NCBI GenBank assembly: GCA_964611205.1
Contig: CAZSZB010000002.1
Coordinates: 74,609 to 138,608, forward strand
DNA from: an uncultured Candidatus Saccharibacteria bacterium
GTDB taxonomy: Bacteria > Patescibacteriota > Minisyncoccia > Phycocordibacterales > UBA918
Direction of reading: 5' to 3'
Length of the DNA stretch: 64,000 nucleotides
The notes beneath the pieces are model-generated. The model was not told the origin of the DNA and searched no databases. It saw nothing but the letters and a program-made list of their open reading frames with translations. How positions within the stretch are numbered: the first letter of the stretch is position 1; every line of letters begins with the position of its first letter. A program made the position numbers and the translations under genes. Positions 10,913-19,500 of the stretch are shown one piece after another.

Positions 10913-10956
10913 AAATAACAAAACACTTTCCATAAAAGAAAGTGTTTTGTTATTTT
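10913..10956 (+). terminator. Hairpin/terminator after tRNA-Leu(CAA)
   Basis: aaataacaaaacactttc...gaaagtgttttgttattt. Confidence 0.75.
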
Positions 10957-11012
10957 CATATCACTAAGTAACTACGAGTTATTTTGAACAACATTGAGAT
11001 ATAATTAAAGTA

Positions 11013-11660
11013 GTGACTAATTTTGAAAAACAGATCCTTGCTTACATTGTAGGGGTAGCATTAGGAGACGGCAATCTGTCCTGTCCAAACAAACGAACCA
11101 CGAGGCTCAGAATAACCTGTGATAATGCATACCCTAAATTAGGAAGAGAGATAAAGACTGCCCTCAGATTTCTTTTTCCCACAAATAAGATTTCGTACGT
11201 TAAAAGAAAAGAAACAAATTGCTTTGACATAAGTGTTTATTCCAATAGATTAAATGAGTATATTCCCTGGAAAGTCGGGCTCGGCCCTAAACATGTACAA
11301 AATGCACATGTACCAAGCTGGATATTGGAGAATGCTAAATATATCCGTCCCTGTCTTAAAGGTCTTATACAAACGGACGGTAGTATCTACAAAGATAGGG
11401 GCTATCTAATGGTAAATTTTAATAGCATTATTCAAATACTAGCTAACGATGTTAAGAACATGATGGAACAAATAGGCTACACTCCCCATATTTATAAGTC
11501 TATGCAAAATCAGGACGGCACAAATATACCATTCGTTTATCTAAGGATGTTCAAAATTTCATTCAAGAAATTAATCTTTCTAAAAAGTAATTCTTTAAAA
11601 CTTTTACTTATAATTTTCTTTATGAACAAAAAAGCATCCTTAGGGACGCTTTTCATTTAA
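11013..11660 (+). CDS. Double-motif LAGLIDADG endonuclease-like protein; probable frameshift near 11506-11510 (natural stop likely 11590)
   Basis: LAYIVGVALGDG and IRPCLKGLIQTDG motifs. An alternative frame from 11510 gives SGRHKYTIRLSKDVQNFIQEINLSKK*, while the in-frame tail runs through a terminator hairpin. Confidence 0.8.
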   Translation: MTNFEKQILAYIVGVALGDGNLSCPNKRTTRLRITCDNAYPKLGREIKTALRFLFPTNKISYVKRKETNCFDISVYSNRLNEYIPWKVGLGPKHVQNAHVPSWILENAKYIRPCLKGLIQTDGSIYKDRGYLMVNFNSIIQILANDVKNMMEQIGYTPHIYKSMQNQDGTNIPFVYLRMFKISFKKLIFLKSNSLKLLLIIFFMNKKASLGTLFI

Positions 11661-11669
11661 GGCAAAACT

Positions 11670-12269
11670 TTATATCTTCCCAACCAAATCGACTCCTGGA
11701 GAAAGAGTGTCATCACCCTCATTCCAAGCAGCTGGACAGACATTGTTAGGATGTTCACCTACAAATTTTGCCGCTTTTAGTTTGCGTAAGGTCTCTTTAC
11801 CGGAACGGCCAATCGCATCATCGTGGATTTCTACTGTTTTAATCACTCCGTCTGGAGAGATTATAAAGGTCCCCCGTCTAGCCAACCCCTCTTCTTCTAT
11901 TAAGACACCGAACAAGTCTGATAGTACATGAGCAGGATCTGCTGCCATTGGATAAGTGACTTTTTTGATAGTTTCTGAAGCATCGAACCAGGCCTTGTGA
12001 ACAAAAGCTGTATCAGTTGAAACAGACACGACCTCGGCTCCTAATTCTTTAAAAGAGTCATACAGGTCTGCCATTTCACCTAGTTCAGTCGGACAAACAA
12101 AAGTAAAGTCAGCTGGATAAAAAAATAAAACTGTCCACTTCCCTCTTAAGTCCTTAAAACTCAATTCCGAGATATCACCATCTTTAAAAACAGAAAAAGT
12201 TAATTCTTCTGGCACAACATCACCAACCGTCAGTGGTGCAAATCCACTTTCGAACATATAATCTTCCAT
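11670..12269 (-). CDS. ahpC: Peroxiredoxin (2-Cys, AhpC)
   Basis: FFYPADFTFVCPTE and VCPAAW. Confidence 0.95.
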   Translation of the reverse strand: MEDYMFESGFAPLTVGDVVPEELTFSVFKDGDISELSFKDLRGKWTVLFFYPADFTFVCPTELGEMADLYDSFKELGAEVVSVSTDTAFVHKAWFDASETIKKVTYPMAADPAHVLSDLFGVLIEEEGLARRGTFIISPDGVIKTVEIHDDAIGRSGKETLRKLKAAKFVGEHPNNVCPAAWNEGDDTLSPGVDLVGKI

Positions 12270-12302
12270 AATTCAAATACAACTAGGCTTTTAACGAGGG
12301 TA

Positions 12303-13232
12303 ATGATAACATGCCCAGAATATATGATAAGTAGTAAGCCAAAAATCGTGGTTGTGGTAGGACCTACCGCCTCCGGCAAGACCGCACTCGCTATCAATAT
12401 CGCTAAAAAATTTAGTGGTGAAGTGATATCTTCAGATTCACGACAAGTCTATACCGGTCTTGATATCGGAACAGAAAAAGTCACCCCGGAAGAAATGTCC
12501 AACATTCCTCACCATTTAATAGATATAGTCGAACCAAAAATTATCTACACGGCTTTTGATTTTAAAAAGGATGCAGAAAAAGCCATCCAAGATATCCAGC
12601 AGCGAGGTAAACTCCCTATTATTGCCGGCGGTACTTTCTTTTATTTAGACATATTGCTCGGCCGCATCAAAACCCCTAAAGTGCCTCCAAATCCAGAATT
12701 AAGAGTCGAATTAGAAAAACTAGATACTGCAAGTCTTTATAAGAGACTCGAAGCGTTAGATCCAAGAAGGGCTAGTACTATCGACTCTCAAAATCATAGA
12801 CGTTTAATACGAGCAATTGAAATTGCTAACAGCTTAGGAGAGGTACCAAAACTCAAATCTATCGATTGTCCTTATGAAGTTTTAATGATTGGGATAAATA
12901 CTGATAAACAAGAATTACGAACTCGTTTAAGAAAACGGGCCGAAGAAGCTCTGACAAAAGGCTTAGTCGAGGAAACAGAACAATTACTAAAAACTGGGGT
13001 AAGCAGAGAAAGGTTATCAGAAATTGGCCTGGAGTATCGAGTGGTCCTAGACTATTTAGACAACAAACTATCTCCCGAGGAATTAATACAGAAACTTGAG
13101 GAAAAAAATTGGCAGTATGCCAAAAAACAATTGCTGTGGTTGAAAAATGATGAGTCGATCGAATGGTTCAACCCTGAACAAGCGGAAGATATACTAAACC
13201 GAGTAGCAGAGTGGTTACAGGATTCTGAATAA
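12303..13232 (+). CDS. miaA: tRNA dimethylallyltransferase
   Basis: VGPTASGKT, DSRQVY, PHHLID, GGTFFY, YAKKQ; start may be 12324. Confidence 0.96.
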   Translation: MITCPEYMISSKPKIVVVVGPTASGKTALAINIAKKFSGEVISSDSRQVYTGLDIGTEKVTPEEMSNIPHHLIDIVEPKIIYTAFDFKKDAEKAIQDIQQRGKLPIIAGGTFFYLDILLGRIKTPKVPPNPELRVELEKLDTASLYKRLEALDPRRASTIDSQNHRRLIRAIEIANSLGEVPKLKSIDCPYEVLMIGINTDKQELRTRLRKRAEEALTKGLVEETEQLLKTGVSRERLSEIGLEYRVVLDYLDNKLSPEELIQKLEEKNWQYAKKQLLWLKNDESIEWFNPEQAEDILNRVAEWLQDSE

Positions 13233-13313
13233 AAAATATTTTTCATAAGGTGCTGTACAAGAACATAACATCTTATAAAATAGCCTCTCGCATAATATCA
13301 AACAAGTATAATT

Positions 13314-13351
13314 AACAAATTCCACTATCATATATGATAGTGGAATTTGTT
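13314..13351. repeat. 38-bp perfect loop-less palindrome, same core as 1868-1921
   Basis: aacaaattccactatcata|tatgatagtggaatttgtt. Confidence 0.95.
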
Positions 13352-13419
13352 CATTAGAAACGTACTTCCTACAATATGGCAGTTTGATTTTTACACCTTT
13401 TTCCCATACTATGATAGCC

Positions 13420-13483
13420 GTTAACAAAACGATATCGGGCCTATAGTTTAGTGGTAAGAAATTTGAAGGAACTTCAATTTCTT
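13420..13483 (+). repeat. Duplicated leader + 5' fragment of tRNA-Trp ending in a hairpin
   Basis: gttaacaaaa..atatcgggcctatagtttagtggta repeats 13577-13615, then aagaaatttgaag-gaa-cttcaatttctt. Confidence 0.9.
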
Positions 13484-13595
13484 TCTTTCTGCTCTCACTC
13501 AAAAATGTAAGCAAGCTTCCATTTCTCTCGTATCGTTTGAAAGTAGAATTCCTATCGAGAAAACAGGTCTTGTACAGTTAACAAAAATAAATATC

Positions 13596-13666
13596 GGGCC
13601 TATAGTTTAGTGGTAGAATTCTGGTCTCCAAAACCAGCGGCCGTGGTTCGAGTCCACGTGGGCCCG
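13596..13666 (+). tRNA. tRNA-Trp(CCA)
   Basis: gggccta/tgggccc acceptor, ctggt-CTCCAAA-accag anticodon arm, GGTTCGAGTCC. Confidence 0.96.
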
Positions 13667-13920
13667 CCGAGGTAAAGAAAAAAGTCAAAGCATGTGCTTT
13701 GACTTTTTTCTTTAGAAAGCAAACTTCTTTGCTTTCGTGCCTCGGCGGGAGCCGCAGACATGTTTCTGGCTCATTTCCTAGAGCCAGAAACGGTCGAGGG
13801 GGGGGTCGCGAGTACTTAGCAAAATATCTATGGGGTAGATATTTTGGTTAGTAACTCGTGACCGCAAGCGGGAGGGAGAACACTTGCTAGTTTATGAAAA
13901 TATGAAATGTAACTGAACCT

Positions 13921-14385
13921 CTACCAAGCACCACTGGCTCCACTATTTTTACTATCCTCCAAAGGATCGACTATTTTACCGCAGGTAACAGGCTCCCAAA
14001 CACCATAGTCACTGCCTGTTAAAGTCTTAATGATTGTGTCTACAATCACCCAAGCGGCCAACATAATAACAAAACCGATCAAAACATTGGTAATCATTTC
14101 TTTAGCTTTCTGCAGAGCACCCGGGTCCCCTCCTGAAGTCACCAATCTAAAGCCAGCAAAAACCAGTACGAACACCGCTACCAAAGTCATGATGGAAATA
14201 ATCCAAGCAATCACTCCATTAACCATGGCGAAGAAGGTACAGAAATTACAATCTGGACCACTGCAAGTTACTAAACCTTGAGCCTCATCTGCACCAACCG
14301 AAATTGGAATAATAAAAAATAAAGCGAGAACACTAAATAAAATAATTTGTCTCATATAATATCTGTATATGTTACACCAAACCAC
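13921..14385 (-). CDS. VirB2/TrbC-like pilin (CPR type) with Cys-containing N-terminus
   Basis: Signal peptide, CSGPDCNFC, two TM helices around AGFRLVTSGGDPGALQKAKEMI. Confidence 0.8.
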   Translation of the reverse strand: MVWCNIYRYYMRQIILFSVLALFFIIPISVGADEAQGLVTCSGPDCNFCTFFAMVNGVIAWIISIMTLVAVFVLVFAGFRLVTSGGDPGALQKAKEMITNVLIGFVIMLAAWVIVDTIIKTLTGSDYGVWEPVTCGKIVDPLEDSKNSGASGAW

Positions 14386-14478
14386 CTCTACTTAAAACCA
14401 TAAGTTGCTTATAAACAAACCTTCAAGTCTTTGCTAACAACAGACAATATGGTACCTTATACGCCACACGAGTGTGAC

Positions 14479-14527
14479 GCGTCGGTGGCGGAGCGGATGA
14501 AAAGTGAAAGACTTCACTTTTCATCCG
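14479..14527 (+). repeat. 5' fragment of tRNA-Tyr fused to a hairpin
   Basis: gcgtcggtggcggagcgg (18 nt, identical to 14650-14667), then cggatgaaaagtgaa-agac-ttcacttttcatccg. Confidence 0.9.
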
Positions 14528-14649
14528 GTCTGCGAACGATAGTGAGCAGATTGGTCGTTATGAGTAGAAGCGAAGCTCTACGAATAGACCAAAGGTGGAA
14601 ACGAGGTCCAATTTTCACCTTATAAATGTTTTAACGAAACTAAATAATT

Positions 14650-14732
14650 GCGTCGGTGGCGGAGCGGTCAATCGCGACGGACTGTAAATCCGTTGACTTA
14701 TGTCTACGCTGGTTCGAATCCAGCCCGGCGCA
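14650..14732 (+). tRNA. tRNA-Tyr(GTA)
   Basis: gcgtcgg/ccggcgc acceptor, acgga-CTGTAAA-tccgt, long variable arm, GGTTCGAATCC. Confidence 0.96.
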
Positions 14733-15049
14733 CTTTCAAAGAAAATACCAGATCCTGTGTCTGGTATTTTCTTTTGAACAATGGTCATGGATTCGAACGG
14801 GCGGAGAATCTTGTTCGAGCCGAGCCTACAAGCGCTTGGTAGAATTGAACGAAGTGAAAAAATATCCAATTTGGATACTGGTCATGTAATAACCAAAATT
14901 CCTGCCCAGCGCACACACGAAATCGTCACTATTTATCAGGACTTTTTCTTTAGGGCAGGATGGAGTTCGAACCTAAATGTCTATACTTTTTATAAATTAG
15001 TGGTATAGTAAGAGATAAATTTCTCTGTTCCTCAAGAAAAAGGTGACTC

Positions 15050-15649
15050 ATGCTACTTGCAGAAAAACGCATCCGCCTCGACCGAATCAGCGCTATGCAG
15101 GCTGACAATCACGTCCAACTTTACGACCACCCTCATTTGCCCAATGCTGACTATGAAGCTGTCAATGGTTCGGTCTTCCTGGCTGGACCAACTTCTAGAG
15201 AATGCATTGCTGAGTACAACTGGCGCAGCGAAGCCACCTATTACCTGCGTAAGCAGGGATTCAAGGGGGTGATTTACGTACCCGAACCTGGTAAATCGGG
15301 TATTGCTCGCAGCGGCGATTTCACCGAGAAGGAATTCATTCATCGCTGGGAGTCAGATCGGCTCCTTTCGGCCACCTATGTGGTGTTCTGGATTCCACGC
15401 AACAAGCACGAACTTCTCGGACTGAACACAAACCTCGAGTTCGGAATTTGGCTCGGGAAACTCTCACACCTACCACAAAAGGAACGGGTGCGAAAGCTGT
15501 TCATCGGCTGGCCTAATACTGCCGAGCGCATGGGGCTCCCCCGCCACTACGCTGCTGACCACCCTGAAACTGGTGGTTACCACATCTACGGCAGCCTGGA
15601 CAACCTGTGCGAAGCTATTCACATGACCCATACCAACCACAACACCTGA
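15050..15649 (+). CDS. Nucleoside 2-deoxyribosyltransferase-like protein
   Basis: VFLAGPT...WR, VYVPEP-like segment, WE, VVFWIPR, NLEFG with conserved Glu; AAGGTGA SD; visibly GC-richer than core genes. Confidence 0.75.
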   Translation: MLLAEKRIRLDRISAMQADNHVQLYDHPHLPNADYEAVNGSVFLAGPTSRECIAEYNWRSEATYYLRKQGFKGVIYVPEPGKSGIARSGDFTEKEFIHRWESDRLLSATYVVFWIPRNKHELLGLNTNLEFGIWLGKLSHLPQKERVRKLFIGWPNTAERMGLPRHYAADHPETGGYHIYGSLDNLCEAIHMTHTNHNT

Positions 15650-15900
15650 CAACGCCGTCAACCAACTGGAAAAGCCACTTGGAGGACGGCTTTTCTTTTA
15701 CCTTAAACTACCCTCTCCCGCACATACCCAGGCAAGAAATTATACTCATTTTCTATAATATTGGTTCTAACTTCTTGCCTTCCGGCGCACACAGATAAAA
15801 TTAAATGAAAAACAATATGTTTAATAATTTTATACCTTGACAGGCGGTCTATTTGTGTTAGAAATAGCGAGGACAAATGTACACCCAAAGGAGGGACTAG

Positions 15901-16326
15901 ATGAAAATCCTTACAACCCTGACGTTTTCCACCCTCTTCCTTTTTTCACCGGTAGGTGCTACCAAAACTGAGGCCCAGTGTCTCTTGTGCGGGGCTGTTG
16001 GATTTGCCATCGGCTCTATACCCAATGAGCAAACCCCTGTTGACGATGGTAACGTCATCTATGTGGCTCCTCGCATCAGCGAAAGAATCGCCAATCCGCT
16101 GGCTGTTCGTTTTGCTTCGTCAGCTATGATGAACTTTTCGAACGAACAAGGAGACCGGGGAGGAATGAAGAACAGTTCCCTGGAAGAAATCTTCGCCGCT
16201 ACTGTCGCCGACTACCAGAAATATACTTTGCTCGAGGTAAAGCGGATTATCAATCCGCAAAACTACGGCAAAGCACAGTTCCTGTTCGTCTATATTGAGA
16301 AAGACAAGATATCTCCTCTCAAGTAG
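15901..16326 (+). CDS. Hypothetical exported protein
   Basis: Signal peptide ending TEA, CxxC, GGAGG SD, upstream TTGACA, downstream hairpin. Confidence 0.7.
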   Translation: MKILTTLTFSTLFLFSPVGATKTEAQCLLCGAVGFAIGSIPNEQTPVDDGNVIYVAPRISERIANPLAVRFASSAMMNFSNEQGDRGGMKNSSLEEIFAATVADYQKYTLLEVKRIINPQNYGKAQFLFVYIEKDKISPLK

Positions 16327-16514
16327 TGCCGAGTCACAATTAAAAAACAATCTTCAGTCTCAAATATATCTAACACACTGGACTGATGAGACTGAAAATA
16401 TCACTTTGAACCGCTTCCATTCTGGGAGCGGTCTTCTTTATTTTTCGGTAAAATATTGTGTATAAACCTGTGCAAAACTCCTGCATAAAGCTGTGAAATT
16501 GGTAGAATTAAGTA

Positions 16515-19500
16515 ATGAATACAACACAGGATGTTTACCATGCTAAAAAGGCATTTTATTGGGGTTTTTTATTAGTTTTTGTCGCTCTTTTTTTATTAAT
16601 TTTTAGCAATCCAGTTGAAGCTGGTTTGTTAGATGATGAATACTCAAAACCTCCAACCAAAGAAGCTACCAAAACTCAACAAACCAATACTCCCCAACAA
16701 AGTAACCCTACTGTTCAACCTGGCCCAGGCAGTCCTGGTTTTGAAGACCCTACCACCTCATCTCCATCCCCTTCCAAAAACGATTCTAAGAATGACTACA
16801 CTCAATCACAAAATGATAGTGCCTGGGATAGAGGTGACGATGATGGCGGGGGGAGCGGTTTAGGTAGTGGTCCTTCCAAAAACGATTCTAAGAATGACTA
16901 CACTCAATCACAAAATGATGGAGGGAGTGATAGTGGTAGTGATGGTGGAAGCGGACTAGGAAGACAACCACAAAAAAGTACATCCGAAATAATTGATAAT
17001 CGGGTAGAAGAAGAATCAGAAAAACAAAAAGGTTTTCTGGGTTCATTGAGAGACTCCCTGAAGAGTGCAGCTGTAAGCTGGTACAGTCGAGTTTTGGATT
17101 CCATTCCTCTCATTTCCAAAAAGCCTGAACCAAAACCGACCGACCTGACCTCAGCTTTAGGTTTAGAAACAGATGTTAAATCTAGTTATATACGAGTTAT
17201 AGATCCAGTTTCTCCAGGAATAGTCACCGGCGACTCGGGAACTGGTCAAGGTATACCAGTTCCCGAAAGACCAACAACCAGAAAGATTGATCCGATAACC
17301 AAAGGGAATATAGAAATATTGGTCGCTGCGGAGATTTTAGATGAGAACGGTTTTATCGATGTCGTATACAGCGATGGAAATGGTAACCTGCACCTCACAA
17401 GAGACCAAGTGGATGCTGGTGCTAGAATTACTGTTGAATATAATTGTGAGAATGGAGACGGAGGATGTAGTGCTCTTCCCTATGGTTATCTAGCAGGTGC
17501 TGGACAACCATCTGGTACTTATGTAGTAGAAACTCCAAGAAGCGGTAGTCAAATAGTTGGTGTGTCAGCTAAAGACAAATATGGTAACCAAGCTGCTAAG
17601 TATATAAGCGTGGTGGTTGACGGAACTCCACAATCGACTGACTTTAGACTAGATCCTGATTTTTTAGAAAATCGTGATACAAAAGTAGTAAAGACAGAAG
17701 AAGTTGTTTCCGATTACACTGATAACTGGACTCGTAACGATCCTGGCAGTTCTTATAGCTCGAGAGACAATGACGCACCAGGGATGACTTACGGAGATCC
17801 TTTAACTTTAAATAACGGAATTGGGGGTTTAATGCCACCAAATACTTCAGGGAAAAAATACCCTGATGGTTCAGATATTGAGAACTATCTAAGAGATCTT
17901 GAAACTGATCCTGATTCAGGGGTAAAAAAATCAACAGGGATTACTCCCCCTGCTCCAGAACAACCTCCAGCCAGTCCTGTTCCACCACAACCAACAAAAG
18001 ATGTGCCGAAATACGTAGATACTGACGGCTTTTTAGACAGTGACGGTGGAGCTAATAAAGTTGGTGGTGGATTCTGGGGAAATACTGTTGGCAAACTAGC
18101 TGAAGCAACTAGAGGAATTGTACAAAACATCTTACCGATTGGTCCGACCACCCGACCTAATAATAAGCCAACTGAAAGAGCGGATACTACCCCTATCGTA
18201 ACTGATGTAGAAGACTTGAGTCGTTATACTACTTATACAAGTGTAAACGAAGACGGAGAAACTGTTTTTTATCGACCAAGTACTCCTGGCTCAATGATAA
18301 GTATCACAAAATCCAACTTGGCAATCGCGGAAAAGGAATTAGCGGATGCAATTGCAGCTGGTGGAGATGAAAGGGGTATTAATGAAGCTCGACAAAAAGT
18401 AAACGAGATTAAAAATATATTGGATAATCCAAAGGGTGAAATATTCTCTGATGCAGACTACACAACTGCAGATCAGTTAGTTGTTACAGCAATAGGAAAT
18501 TCACGAGCTGCAATAGTAGCAAAATCTACCGACATTAGTCTCCCTCCTCCTCCTGCAAAAATATATTCTATAGACGAGTTACGTACTCTCACAAGTGGCA
18601 TGACCAAAGAAGAAATGTCGGCCTTTTTTACTGATTTAATTCTTCAAGGTTATGCCTCTGCAGAATCACGAAACCTAATCGAAGGAATACAACAAGAGCC
18701 CTGGGGTATTATTACAACCGACCCTAAGGTACCTATCTACTACCCTGGACTTAGTCCACGTGATCTTGCACGCATAGCTCAAGCAACTGGGCTTGAGATT
18801 ATGACAGAAGCGGAAGCTGATCGCGTAAATGATAGTCCTGAAGCAATAAACCTTACACCCAACCCACAACCAAATGAAACAACGACAGCTGCAGATCAAT
18901 TTGAAAACATGCTTGCTAACTCTAGGGATATTGCTCAAGAGAAGGCCGAAAAATGCGAGGGTTCCTGTAAGGGTTTCGTGACTGGAATCGGAAAAGATAC
19001 GACTATTGGAGATGATGGTAGAGTTCAGATACAAGGTTGGAGAAACCCAGCGACAGGAGAAGATATCCAACCAACTTACGCAAGACACTTTCCTGAATCT
19101 GATATTAGTGAAATGACATACTGGGACTACTCTCATGTTACCAGAATGAAGGGTAAGGACTCCGGAAAAGTGTTGTCCGATGAAGAGTTTGCTGCTCTTG
19201 CTAGTGAAAAAGCTTCTGAAGTCGTACCTTACCGTGCCTATAGTCAATCTGAAGAAACTAAACCTGAAACCCTCACAGACAGAATCGCTTCACTTCCAAG
19301 GGATACGGCAAAAACACTTGGTAATATTGCACGTTTTGTTGCAGATAAATTCTCTCCTGAACCAACCACGCGTTCTCCAAAAGTTGAGTATTCTGATGAG
19401 GAGCTTGATCTAATGACCAGAGTTGTATTAGCTGAAACAGATAGTATCAGAAACGCAGATGGTTCAATTAATCTTGAGGGAGTTCAGGCAGTTGGAGAAG

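Noticed and set aside
13804-13863. Integron attC site
   Set aside because: It is a bulged hairpin but lacks the RYYYAAC...GTTRRRY ends, and there is no cassette array or intI.
4275-15649. Alternative genetic code 25 (TGA=Gly)
   Set aside because: dprA and the 15050 ORF end at TGA at sensible lengths, and conserved genes are uninterrupted under code 11.
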